The position numbers and the translations under genes were made by a program. Below, piece after piece: positions 51,701 through 60,832 of a stretch of 64,000 nt of DNA. Location: assembly GCA_018267825.1 (NCBI GenBank), contig JAFDXR010000028.1, positions 1 to 64,000 on the forward strand, read 5' to 3'. The number at the start of each line of letters is the position of its first letter. The first letter of the stretch is position 1. The stretch is from Bacteroidota bacterium. GTDB taxonomy: Bacteria > Bacteroidota > Bacteroidia > B-17B0 > Aurantibacillaceae. Below the pieces are notes generated by a model. The model worked only from the letters and a program-made list of their open reading frames with translations, did no database searches and was not told the DNA's origin.

Positions 51701-52623
51701 GAAAAAGCCATACCAAATGCTACCGGGAACATAATGAATACAATGAGCAAGGGATTGCGGAAGTAAAGTCCCAGGAGCAGGGCAATGAGACCCACCGCTA
51801 TAAGGCTGGTGAGCATGCTGTCTTTCCTTAACTGGCGGGCATTTCCTTCAGACACAATGGTGGCACCGAATGGTTCAATGCGAATTGCCCGGTGTTTGGA
51901 CTGCACCTTTTTGCAGGCTTCCGTCACCGTATTGACGAGGTGCTCGTTCAGTTTGGTTTCGTTAGGGGCATGGGCAGGTGTAATAAAAAACAGTACATGC
52001 AGGTGGTCTTTACTGGCGATGTAACCATTGTAGGTTTCAAAATTGGCATCCAGCTGAACCGACTGTAGTTTCTTTAAAGCCAGGGGCGTGATGTTCAGCG
52101 GATCACGCATAATGTATTTGCCAAGCACCATACCCGAAGGCGACAGCAAAGCCTGGTAATCTTTATTCAGTGTATAATCAATACTATCGGGGCGGGTAAT
52201 ATTTTCAAGCTTCCTGTAATCTTCTTCTTCCAGAAACAAAGGAATGTTCCGGTAAAAGATATCATACATCTGCTGGGTACGTTCATCCGATAGTTTGAAA
52301 CGTATGTCGTTATAGTCATGAGATGTCAGTTTACGGGTCAGTTCTGCATAAATGCTATCGGCGCATTCCGTGAGGCTGTCGATCTGTTCGGGATTGGTAC
52401 CGGTGAGGTGTATAACGAGTTTATCTTTGGATTTCAGGTTATCAAGAACAGCATTAATGGCGCTGGTATTTTTATCGGAAGGAACAAAGCGTGTAATATC
52501 TTCTTCGAGCTTGATCCGGGATGCCAGATAGCCCAGTATACCACAGCTGGCAATGATCAGGATAATAAAAAACAACTTCCTTTTCTGAAAGAAAAGGTAC
52601 ACCAAATAGGGCAGGTTTGACAT
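48754..52623 (-). CDS. Trifunctional fusion protein: MMPL/RND-type exporter, lysophospholipid (LPLAT) acyltransferase and class I SAM-dependent methyltransferase
   Basis: 1289 aa. About 12 TM segments in two MMPL-like halves. Acyltransferase motifs VANHQSHIDL and FPEGTR. Methyltransferase motif I VDVGCGYGFLP plus motif II LVIRDAD. Confidence 0.85.
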   Translation of the reverse strand: MSNLPYLVYLFFQKRKLFFIILIIASCGILGYLASRIKLEEDITRFVPSDKNTSAINAVLDNLKSKDKLVIHLTGTNPEQIDSLTECADSIYAELTRKLTSHDYNDIRFKLSDERTQQMYDIFYRNIPLFLEEEDYRKLENITRPDSIDYTLNKDYQALLSPSGMVLGKYIMRDPLNITPLALKKLQSVQLDANFETYNGYIASKDHLHVLFFITPAHAPNETKLNEHLVNTVTEACKKVQSKHRAIRIEPFGATIVSEGNARQLRKDSMLTSLIAVGLIALLLGLYFRNPLLIVFIMFPVAFGMAFSLGILFLTKGIVSAIAIGAGAVVLGIAINYSLHFFTHYKHVRDVKTVLSDLTLPMLIGCTTTVGAFFSLLFAKSEALHDFGQFAGFSLIGAMLFSIIVLPHLLKVAFRKQKNTTETPDEAHHNSGNLLDRITAARPDKHKFVVIGAMLLTVVFAWFASRVEFESDMNKMSFMTDETRAAEKHLDEVNNFAARSVYVFATGNSLNEALEKNAQVEAELKSLKSDGHIKKFSSVAGLFTSAQEQERRIKRWNDFFTPARKAALQKQLIASGATLKFKENAFHGFYEQLNKNYGLLPKADSDTLLQLVFKEFTGQVNGKTSVVCHVKTNAENREKVYAAFEHDPDVVVFDKQNLTSRFVQVIQQDFNTILIITSILVFAFMLLSHGRIELAIINFLPMFISWLWILGIMGIFGIKFNIINIIISTFIFGLGDDYSIFIMDGLLNEFKYGKKNLDSYKSSILLSALITVIGIGTMILAKHPALKSIAAITIIGMSCVVFISFIVQPLIFNWMALNRRHRGLQPYSAKYIFITIIGFMGFVLGALLLTLSGLIIFSIFPAGIRTRKLVFHTLIAYTFRAILACFFNVKKRIINDQNETFAKPAVIVANHQSHIDLALTLQLHPKIIVFTNDWVYNSPFYGFIVKMADYYPASEGYENSLPKLEKLVKEGYSILIFPEGTRSVDGEIHRFHKGAFLLAEKLQLDILPLLIHGAGDAVTKGDFHFKDGALTVKYLKRISPQDTSFGNTYQERTKGICRYMRTEYAALREQFETVDYFRPRLIRNYIFKGPVLEWYCRIKTKLENNYALFESLMPKTGQIVDVGCGYGFLPYMLMYKGRDRNILGVDYDDEKIAIADNCVHKTSRMQFAVGDVTAYEFPQADGFIISDVLHYLEASQQVQVIDHCVAKLNRGGVLVIRDADADLGKRQKGTWYTEFFSTNSGFNKTSGSGLHFVSGQLIKNALAKYPHLEVEVIDNTKLLSNITYVARYK

Positions 52624-52764
52624 AGGCGGTAAATTTACTAAAATAACTTTGTTTATAGATTCATCTGTTTATAAACAAAGACTCATGGTTTTAATCATTC
52701 GTTTTGTCTATTTTCGGAAACTTTTTGCGCTAAGTTTCGTTAAATTTAAAACGATTCAGTTTTT

Positions 52765-53607
52765 ATGTCAGTTTTAATAGCAGATAGTGGTTCTACCAAG
52801 ACAGATTGGGTATTGCTGGACCAGGGCCGTGTGGTCATGCAGAGTTCCACCATTGGATTTAATCCATATTTTCAGACTTCTGATGCTATCACCGGTGAAC
52901 TCAACGCACGCCTGATTCCCGCACTTGGCGCACATGTGAGCCAGATCACCGATGTTCGTTATTATGGTGCCGGATGTTCCAATGAAGTAAATGTAGCTTC
53001 CGTACGAAAGGGAATCCAGGCTGCACTCCCTAAAGCATCTATTGAAGTGAATCATGATTTGCTGGCGGCTGCAAGAGCTCTGTGCGGAAAGGAGCCGGGC
53101 ATAGCCTGTATTCTTGGCACAGGCAGTAACAGTTGCTTGTATGATGGAGCAACAATCCGCGAAAATGTAATTTCGGTGGGTTATCTGTTTGGTGATCATG
53201 GCAGCGGAGCCTGTATGGGCAAAAGTTTTATCCAGGATTATTTTGATGGAAAACTTCCCCTGCACCTGCAAACAGCTTTTGAACAGGCCGGCTATAACCG
53301 TGAAGAGATCCTGGACAATGTGTATAAAAAATCGATGCCAAGCCGCTACCTGGCGCAGGTATCAACATTTCTTTCGGCTCATGTTTCCGATACTTACGTG
53401 AGAGCTATTATTAAGCGTTGCTTCGTTGCCTTCTTCGATCACCAGGTTTCAAAATATACCAATTCGCGCAACCTGCCTGTTAATTGTGTGGGTTCCGTCG
53501 GATTTTATTACAAGGATATTTTACTGGAAGCAGCCCGCGAAAAAGGATTTACAATCGGCACTGTGATCAAATCGCCGATAGAAGGGCTCATCCGTTACTA
53601 CCAATAA
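52765..53607 (+). CDS. BadF/BadG/BcrA/BcrD-type ATPase (N-acetylglucosamine kinase-like)
   Basis: 280 aa. N-terminus LIADSGSTKTDWVL is characteristic of this ASKHA-family sugar kinase group. Confidence 0.7.
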   Translation: MSVLIADSGSTKTDWVLLDQGRVVMQSSTIGFNPYFQTSDAITGELNARLIPALGAHVSQITDVRYYGAGCSNEVNVASVRKGIQAALPKASIEVNHDLLAAARALCGKEPGIACILGTGSNSCLYDGATIRENVISVGYLFGDHGSGACMGKSFIQDYFDGKLPLHLQTAFEQAGYNREEILDNVYKKSMPSRYLAQVSTFLSAHVSDTYVRAIIKRCFVAFFDHQVSKYTNSRNLPVNCVGSVGFYYKDILLEAAREKGFTIGTVIKSPIEGLIRYYQ

Positions 53608-53660
53608 ATTTACCACGCTTCATCAGGTGTGTTTTACTTCGGAGAGAATTAGTACCTTAG

Positions 53661-55136
53661 TTGCACAAGCTCTTGAAGAAATCCCGTTTATATTTTTTAT
53701 CGTTTACCGAAGGCGCCGCTGTTATGGCCGCTGAGATCTGCAGTGCACGGCTTATCGCTCCTTTTTATGGAAGCAGCCTGTATGTGTGGAGTTCGGTGAT
53801 GGCTGTTACCCTGGGAGGGCTTGCCTTGGGTTATTTTATGGGAGGGCGCTTCAGTCTGCGTGAAAACCGTATGCGCGCTCTTCGTCTTGTAGTGCTGATG
53901 GCCATGTTAAGCCTGGTGATGATGCCTGTGGAATCCCGTTTGTTTTTTGTGATCGCCCTTCATGCCCCCTTAATCCCCGCGGTTATTGGCAGTGTGGTTT
54001 TATTGTTATTTCCCGTTATGTTTTTCATGGGTGCCACATCGCCTCTCATTATCTCCTGTTTAACGCAGGAAGCCGGGCGAAGCGGTGAGAACAGCGGCAG
54101 GGTTTATGCCGTATCCACATGCGGTGGTATTCTGGCAACCTTTGCCTGTGGCTTTTATACGATCCCCGAATTCGGGATTACACTTACCCTGATGGGATTT
54201 GCTATACTACTGGCTTTAGCCTGGCTTTTGAATCTCGGGCATACAGGTCGTGTAAAAAATGCAGGTTTATTGCTGTTGCCGGCCATCATTTCTGTTTATG
54301 GTTTTATAAGTGCACCAAAGCATCCCAATACCATTTATGAATCGGACGGCATTATGGGTAAACTGGAAATCCGCGACGAGCCGTCTTCTCAGGCCAATGG
54401 CGTGGTAATACGTAAACTGCTGATCAATACCATTGTGCAAACGGAAATGGACCTGGGGACCCGGCAGTCGGTTTCAGACTATGCGCATTTGTTGGCGAAG
54501 AATAATCTGTACATGCCAAAAGGCAAAGTTCTTTTGATGGGACTTGGGGGTGGGGTTATAGCGAATATGCTTCATGATGAGGGCTATGATGTAACCGCTG
54601 TTGAGTTTGATCAGCGGATCATGGATGTAGCCCGTCGTTTTTTTTACATGAACCCGGAAATACATGGTGTATGCGACGACGCAAGGCATTACCTGAATGA
54701 AGGAAACGGGTATTACAACCTCGTGATATTCGATATTTTTAAAGCAGAGGAACAACCGGCACATGTGCTCACACGCGAGGGACTGCAGCAGCTCAAAAAA
54801 CACATTGATACATCTTCGGTTGTGATTATAAATACCCACGGCTACCTGAAAGGCATTAAAGGCGCCGGTACTCAGTGCATGCTGGCCACACTCCGGGAAG
54901 CAGGCTTCGATGTAAAGATTTGCCCCACGAATGACAATGAGGATTATAGAAATGTACTGATCTATGCTTCGCTCAAAACCTTCCAGGTGAGTCTGCACAA
55001 TGAATCATATCCCATCGAAATCGAAAATGCAGCACTGATCAATACCGACGGAAAACCCGTTCTTGAAAAACTCAATGCCCCGGCAAACCAGGCCTGGCGG
55101 AGTAATTACATCCGCAATTACATCACCCGTTATTGA
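53661..55136 (+). CDS. Fused MFS-like membrane domain / spermidine-synthase-like methyltransferase-fold protein
   Basis: 491 aa. N-terminal ~7 TM helices (LYFLSFTEGAAVMAAEICSARLIAPFYGSSLYVWSSVMAVTLGG). The C-terminal half has a spermidine-synthase-like Rossmann motif LLMGLGGGVIANML...DVTAVEFD. Confidence 0.7.
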   Translation: MHKLLKKSRLYFLSFTEGAAVMAAEICSARLIAPFYGSSLYVWSSVMAVTLGGLALGYFMGGRFSLRENRMRALRLVVLMAMLSLVMMPVESRLFFVIALHAPLIPAVIGSVVLLLFPVMFFMGATSPLIISCLTQEAGRSGENSGRVYAVSTCGGILATFACGFYTIPEFGITLTLMGFAILLALAWLLNLGHTGRVKNAGLLLLPAIISVYGFISAPKHPNTIYESDGIMGKLEIRDEPSSQANGVVIRKLLINTIVQTEMDLGTRQSVSDYAHLLAKNNLYMPKGKVLLMGLGGGVIANMLHDEGYDVTAVEFDQRIMDVARRFFYMNPEIHGVCDDARHYLNEGNGYYNLVIFDIFKAEEQPAHVLTREGLQQLKKHIDTSSVVIINTHGYLKGIKGAGTQCMLATLREAGFDVKICPTNDNEDYRNVLIYASLKTFQVSLHNESYPIEIENAALINTDGKPVLEKLNAPANQAWRSNYIRNYITRY

Positions 55137-55565
55137 ATTATTTTCCGGGGAACGGTTGTTTTAGCAGGAAGAAGCCGCTCTTGCCTCAGAAAATAATTGG
55201 TTCACCTCTTTTAATAGATATCTGCCTGAACTTATTGTAAGTTTGAGCAGAGCAATTGTTTTACATGTTGGTGCAGCGTATATCGCTTTATACGATCAAA
55301 GCACACGTCACCAGTAGAATGGCTATAAGAGTTTGTCATCTTGTTTTCGTAGGGGGTTACGGGGTGTTTAACTCTTATAGCATTCAACCGGTGGCTATCC
55401 GGGATGAATTCCCGGATGCCGGTCAGGGTTTGTTTCGTTTAATAAAACAGATGAATGCACCTGGTCAATCCATTTAATTGGTGTTATCGCGGTAAATGAT
55501 CGACGCGAAAAAATAAAAATTTTTATTTCTTCTGAACAGGCGCTTTATAAGAATAGAGAAGTGGA

Positions 55566-56924
55566 TTAATTATCTCTCTCTATATCAGCGGCGTTGAATT
55601 TAACAAGCCCCTGTATTTTCTGCAGTTGTTCCTTAACAGCACTTTCATCGCCGGCAACAACAAGTTTGTAAGAATCCGGAGTGAAATATTTACGGATGGC
55701 TTTGTTTATATCTTCCAGTGTCAGTGCATTGAGGTCTGCGATGTAATTTTTACGTTTTTCGAAATTATACACCAGTGGGTTAAAGAACCCTGAAACAGCA
55801 TCAGGCATTTCAAGCCTTTTGATATTAACGGTTTCTTCGTAAATCACTTTTTTAAGTTCTTTTTCTTCAACGGTACCGGCACTGAAGTTTTTCAGTGTTT
55901 TATCAAAAAGTTCCATGGTATTATACATTTCATTGCTGCGAACCGAGCAACTTACCTGGAACAGGTTCGAAAATTGGGAATGCGCATAATTACTGCGGAT
56001 GCCATAGGTTTTTCCACCCTTTTCGCGAATTTCTTTAAACAGTACGACATTGAAGATCTTGTTGGCAATGGTAAAAGCCAGGTAGTCTTTGTCTTTTACG
56101 GATGGCGCAGTTTTACTCCATTGCAGGGCGCACTGGGTAGCACCACGGCGATTGATGAAACCGGTTTCTTTTTTCTTGATCACCGGTTGGTCCATACTCA
56201 CACCGTTTACATCGCCGTAGGTTGATTTCCATGATCCGAAATATTTTTCGATGGTGGCTTTTAAAGGGCCATCTTCAAAATTACCGCAGATTACCAGGTT
56301 ACAGTTTTTGGGTGTATAATTGAATTCATAGTATTCACGCAGTACTTCCGGGGTAATTTTCTGAAGCTGATTTTTATAGTAGTAACGTCCGAAAGGGTTG
56401 GAAATACCATAGATGAAATAATCGCTGTATACGTCTGCCAGATCTGCAATGTCCATTTTGGACGGAGAGTTGAAATCGGTGTACTGCGATTTGATCAGTT
56501 CTATTTTATCTTTTGGAAATGTAGGGCTCAGTACGACGGAGCTCAGGAGGTCAAAGCCTTCATCGAGGCTTCTGGAAAGCAGGTTCATGGTAAGAGTGGT
56601 GTTGTCTTTGCTGCTGCTGGCCGACAGATTGGCTCCCAGTCTGAACTGCATATTATTCTGTGCTTCCTGATCATATTTTTTATTTCCGAGTAACAGGGCA
56701 TTGGCTACAATTTCGCTGTATCCCTGCTGTCCGGGGTTTTCATTTTTCTCACCGGTATTCAATACCAGTTTCACATTCAGGGCAGGCAGCTTGCCGTAAT
56801 GGATCAGGTATACCCTGAGTCCGTTTTTAAGTGTATAGGTTTCATAGGTGGCGTCCTGTGCACGGGTACCAAAAGACAAGAGGCAACAGGCAAGCAGTAT
56901 GGTCAGTGTTTTTATTCTTTTCAT
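55566..56924 (-). CDS. M16-family peptidase, non-catalytic partner subunit
   Basis: 452 aa. Signal peptide. M16 fold but no HxxEH motif; GYSEIVANAL replaces the zinc-binding site. Confidence 0.75.
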   Translation of the reverse strand: MKRIKTLTILLACCLLSFGTRAQDATYETYTLKNGLRVYLIHYGKLPALNVKLVLNTGEKNENPGQQGYSEIVANALLLGNKKYDQEAQNNMQFRLGANLSASSSKDNTTLTMNLLSRSLDEGFDLLSSVVLSPTFPKDKIELIKSQYTDFNSPSKMDIADLADVYSDYFIYGISNPFGRYYYKNQLQKITPEVLREYYEFNYTPKNCNLVICGNFEDGPLKATIEKYFGSWKSTYGDVNGVSMDQPVIKKKETGFINRRGATQCALQWSKTAPSVKDKDYLAFTIANKIFNVVLFKEIREKGGKTYGIRSNYAHSQFSNLFQVSCSVRSNEMYNTMELFDKTLKNFSAGTVEEKELKKVIYEETVNIKRLEMPDAVSGFFNPLVYNFEKRKNYIADLNALTLEDINKAIRKYFTPDSYKLVVAGDESAVKEQLQKIQGLVKFNAADIERDN

Positions 56925-56938
56925 AATACAAGGTGTTA

Positions 56939-58255
56939 TTAATCCATGTTCGGTTTAATGTTAATGACTTTAAGGTTCTCCGGATCGAAATATTTTTTGG
57001 CAATGACCGAAAGATCTTCGGCTTTGATATTTCTGTATGCATCCAGAGCCGCATTATGTTTGCTGTAATCGTTGTAATAATATTCTGCAAAGCCAAGTGC
57101 CCCGGCGATGTTAGCGTTTGAGTAGTTCAGGAATATATTATTGGCTTCCAGATTTTTTATATAATCGTCGATGAGTTTTTGATCAATGCCTTCATTGATT
57201 ACATCGTATATTTCCTTACTGATGGCCTTCTTCACCTTGGCATTTCCTACCTGTGCCTGCATAATCACATCAAAGATGCTGTAGTTGTTATACATCCGGT
57301 TCGGATCGCCTCCGAATACAATCTGATAAGCCATATTGCCTTTGTCTACAATACTGGTGGTCATAATAGAGTTGGCGTTCTGAAACAGCAGATCCGACAG
57401 GAGGTTAAATGCATGATAATCGGGGCTGCTTACTTCCGGAGCAGGCACCACATAAGAGTATATCTGCACAGGGTAGTCGATTGTGAGCTCTTCCACATCC
57501 GGAGCATGGTTGAAAATATCCGGTTCCGGCTTTTTGGTGTTTGGAGGCAGTTGTTTCTTGATCGGCCCAAAGTATTTTGCTGCAAATTCAAAAACCTGTT
57601 CAGCCTTCACATCGCCAACGATTACAAGAAACGCATTGTTCGGGCTGTAAAATTTATCGTAAAACTCCTGGCATTGTTTGGTCGTAAAATTGGTGATCTC
57701 CGACAGGTTGCCTATCACATCTACTTTATAGGGATGTCCGTCGGGATACAGGTGTTTATAACGTTCAGACATCATGCGGTTGTACCAGTTATTCTGACCA
57801 AGCCGTAATTCTTCGCCTACTACTTCGCGCTCTGTGTCAAGTACTTTCTGATCCAGGATCAGGTTAGCCATGCGATCGCTTTCCATATCAAACACTTTTT
57901 CCAGATGTTCTTTCGGCACTTCCTGCCAGTATACTGTGCGGTCGTATGTGGTATACGCATTTACACTGGCACCTATGCTTCGCATTTCATCAATGTATAC
58001 ATCACCGACACCCTGAAATTTTTTTGAGCCTCTGAACATCATGTGTTCAAACATGTGAGCCATACCGCGCACCCCATCCCATTCATCTTTACTGCCTACC
58101 CTGTACCACACTTCCATCTGAACCATGGGGGTTGTGCTTTTTTCGCAAACCACTATTTTCAACCCATTGGGCAGGGTCATGGTTTTGGTGGGATACTCGA
58201 TTGCATGAGCCGCAAGGCTAAGCAAACCGGCAATTGCGAGAATTGTTTTTTTCAT
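56939..58255 (-). CDS. M16-family zinc peptidase (pitrilysin-like), catalytic subunit
   Basis: 438 aa. Signal peptide and the inverted zinc motif HMFEHMMFRGS. Confidence 0.85.
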   Translation of the reverse strand: MKKTILAIAGLLSLAAHAIEYPTKTMTLPNGLKIVVCEKSTTPMVQMEVWYRVGSKDEWDGVRGMAHMFEHMMFRGSKKFQGVGDVYIDEMRSIGASVNAYTTYDRTVYWQEVPKEHLEKVFDMESDRMANLILDQKVLDTEREVVGEELRLGQNNWYNRMMSERYKHLYPDGHPYKVDVIGNLSEITNFTTKQCQEFYDKFYSPNNAFLVIVGDVKAEQVFEFAAKYFGPIKKQLPPNTKKPEPDIFNHAPDVEELTIDYPVQIYSYVVPAPEVSSPDYHAFNLLSDLLFQNANSIMTTSIVDKGNMAYQIVFGGDPNRMYNNYSIFDVIMQAQVGNAKVKKAISKEIYDVINEGIDQKLIDDYIKNLEANNIFLNYSNANIAGALGFAEYYYNDYSKHNAALDAYRNIKAEDLSVIAKKYFDPENLKVINIKPNMD

Positions 58256-58269
58256 TGTATTCTGTTTTT

Positions 58270-60726
58270 TTAAAAGTCAAGACCAAGTCCGATTACAAAT
58301 CCCTGGTGGAATGCATTTTGCGGGCCATAGCCCAATACATAATCCACACGGATAATCTGTAAAATATGTTCGATACCGAAGTTCACTTCGTAGTACTGAT
58401 TGGCTTTATCATTAAACAGGGCATGTCCGCCAACAACTTCCTGCATGCGTGTTTTTTTGAGCAGCGGGATTTTATTAAAGATAAATCCATTGAAATGATG
58501 CTCGGCATGGGCTTCGGCATACCACTTATTGGTACTGTAGGTATAATAAGGCAGGAGTTTGAATGAATTCAGGTAATCATTATTGGCCAGGAGTGTCTGG
58601 TTACCGTTGAAATGTTTGTAGTCCATAAAGTCCATATACTTATTGCTCAGGAAATACCCTCCTTTGAGGCGATAGGCAAAAGTCCCGACCAGCCCGAGGC
58701 GGATGTTGTCTTCAATACTGATGGCCGCAAAATCATAATCGGCTTTGGTACCAAGGCCCGGAATAGCTTTTCTGTAAAGGATATTGATGATAGGGTATTT
58801 ACTGCCCACAATTACTTTTTCATGCGGACGTGTATAGTATTTTTGTTTGAAACGGATGGAAACGCCTACTTCTACCACAAAGGCATTATTCACTGTAAAC
58901 GAAGAATCGTCGGTGGCAGGGTGGAGTGGGTCGTTGCTTGTGAATAATTTATGTTTGTCGTCCACAATAAGCATGTCTGTACTGTTCCTCAGGGCCGAAC
59001 GTTCGGCATATTCGGTTTTAAACTGCCCGATAAGCCCGTTGATCAACTCTTTTCTGAACTCGAAACCTGCATAGGTTTTCTTATACAGTTTCATGAAGTT
59101 GTCGTTGTTGAATAAGGTGTAGCCTGTATTAATGGTTGGGTTGATGGGATTGCTGCTGTTGAACTGCTGTACGAGAGATCCCGCTGTGATATTAATGGAT
59201 TGAAACTTCTCGGGTTTCATGAGGTAATAAAAATTACCGGCCCCGCCCCAGAGGTAGTTCGAAAAACCATAGCGGGAATAGCCTCCAATGGTATACATTC
59301 GCTTGTCTTCGAATTCTTTACGGATATTAAGCTGAAGCGAAGCGTTAATACCCTCCACGGTGTTGTACTGAATCCCCGAATTTAAAATTCCGGAAGTGCT
59401 GAGCATGAATTTCTTTTCCGTTTTACGGTAGGTGTAGCCCGTAATGAGGTTGCTGAGTTTGAATTTATTCAGCTTATGATCCACGCTGTCTTTGTAGCGC
59501 GATGAATTCCGGATTCTGGCTATGCTGTCTTTTTTCCTGTAATCGGTTTTTTCTTCGTCGGTGAGCGGTACGGGCCGGTTCTGGGTCCAGTATGAGGAAT
59601 CTTTTTTATTGGCCTCATCTTCTACCTTTAGTACTTCATTCTTGAAGAATTTCTTCGGGAAGGTCGGGTTCAGGTCGTATTCCGAGAACACGGCATTGAA
59701 ATACCCATCGCCTTTAAAGCCCAGCACCTTAAAGTTAAAAGACAAATTCAGGCTCATCGGCATCCAGGTGCTGTCTTTCACCGGGGCATTGAGCTGTACG
59801 ATTTTAAGCGTATCCACAAAATCGATCTTGGCATCTTTGGTGAGATATACATCAGCACTGTGAATCCTCCAGGTATTTTCCTGTATATAGATAATACCGC
59901 GGAAACACGGATCGGTCTTCCGTTTGGGTGTGATCTGTATTTTATTGATCATTTTACCGTCTTCGAAGGTGGTACCAAGCAGTTTGTAACGGTACGATAA
60001 CAGGGCATTTTCATTGATGGGCGATATAAAAGGGCGGTCGCTCAATCCGTCGAGCTCAACCAGGTTTTCATAAAGGTTAAATTTCATGTCGCTTACCTGG
60101 TTAAAACTGAACGCTTTATTATCGCCACTTACCTTACTGGAAAACATGATTTCTTTTTCGTCGTTTGGTTTCCGGAAATGATATTTGGTTTCGCTTTCGC
60201 TCAGGTACACAACGCCCAGCAGGTTAGAGTCGAGGGGCTGGTCACCGGCCTGGATATTGATAAGTTTGGCCAGGTTTTTAGGATAATCTTTTAAGCGCTG
60301 AAGGCCTTTGATGTATGCTTTGCAGGTAAAGGCATTGACTTCATTGAGGTAGAATTTCCGTTTTTTAATGGCCTGCCGGATCACAGCGTAGGCGGGGTCT
60401 TCACCATCTTTTACAACTACTTCTTTAAGCTCATAGCTTTCAGATGAAAGGCTCACATTGAGGGTCTGATTGTCGTTCACCACAACGCTCTCCGTATGCT
60501 TTTTGTAACCAACGTATTGGAAAATGAGTTCACAGGGGCCGTCGGGTACGCGTAATGTATAATAACCATCGGCATTGGCATTTGTACCGATTGTTGTTCC
60601 TTTTACAATCACCGATGAAAATGGAAGCCCCTGTTTTTTTTCGTCGGTAATGCGGCCCGACACGACATGGTATTGTGCAAAGAGATTGAAAGACAGGAAG
60701 GTGAAAAGTAAAAAGAGTATCCGCAT
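58270..60726 (-). CDS. Outer-membrane protein with an N-terminal carboxypeptidase-regulatory-like domain and a large DUF5686-like beta-barrel
   Basis: 818 aa. Signal peptide. N-terminal GRITDEKKQGLPFSSVIVKGTTIGTNANADGYYTLRV, a beta-strand-rich body, and a C-terminal aromatic residue (…GLGLDF) typical of OM beta-barrels. Co-oriented and tightly spaced with the M16 pair. Confidence 0.6.
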   Translation of the reverse strand: MRILFLLFTFLSFNLFAQYHVVSGRITDEKKQGLPFSSVIVKGTTIGTNANADGYYTLRVPDGPCELIFQYVGYKKHTESVVVNDNQTLNVSLSSESYELKEVVVKDGEDPAYAVIRQAIKKRKFYLNEVNAFTCKAYIKGLQRLKDYPKNLAKLINIQAGDQPLDSNLLGVVYLSESETKYHFRKPNDEKEIMFSSKVSGDNKAFSFNQVSDMKFNLYENLVELDGLSDRPFISPINENALLSYRYKLLGTTFEDGKMINKIQITPKRKTDPCFRGIIYIQENTWRIHSADVYLTKDAKIDFVDTLKIVQLNAPVKDSTWMPMSLNLSFNFKVLGFKGDGYFNAVFSEYDLNPTFPKKFFKNEVLKVEDEANKKDSSYWTQNRPVPLTDEEKTDYRKKDSIARIRNSSRYKDSVDHKLNKFKLSNLITGYTYRKTEKKFMLSTSGILNSGIQYNTVEGINASLQLNIRKEFEDKRMYTIGGYSRYGFSNYLWGGAGNFYYLMKPEKFQSINITAGSLVQQFNSSNPINPTINTGYTLFNNDNFMKLYKKTYAGFEFRKELINGLIGQFKTEYAERSALRNSTDMLIVDDKHKLFTSNDPLHPATDDSSFTVNNAFVVEVGVSIRFKQKYYTRPHEKVIVGSKYPIINILYRKAIPGLGTKADYDFAAISIEDNIRLGLVGTFAYRLKGGYFLSNKYMDFMDYKHFNGNQTLLANNDYLNSFKLLPYYTYSTNKWYAEAHAEHHFNGFIFNKIPLLKKTRMQEVVGGHALFNDKANQYYEVNFGIEHILQIIRVDYVLGYGPQNAFHQGFVIGLGLDF

Positions 60727-60781
60727 ACAGTAAGGGTTTGTTATATGACGTTTAAAGCGTTTTAAAGTTACAGTTAAAACT

Positions 60782-60814
60782 AAAAAAGCCGCTATTTATT
60801 ATAGCGGCTTTTTA
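60782..60814 (-). terminator. Rho-independent terminator after the second T9SS cargo gene (minus strand), partly bidirectional
   Basis: Stem AAAAGCCGCTAT/ATAGCGGCTTTT with loop TTATT, U-rich on both sides. Confidence 0.7.
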
Positions 60815-60832
60815 AACAGGGTTCAAAAAAAA

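Noticed and set aside
55256-55477. 73-aa ORF in the long convergent intergenic gap
   Set aside because: No signal peptide, no motif, no plausible RBS context. Kept only as part of the intergenic finding.
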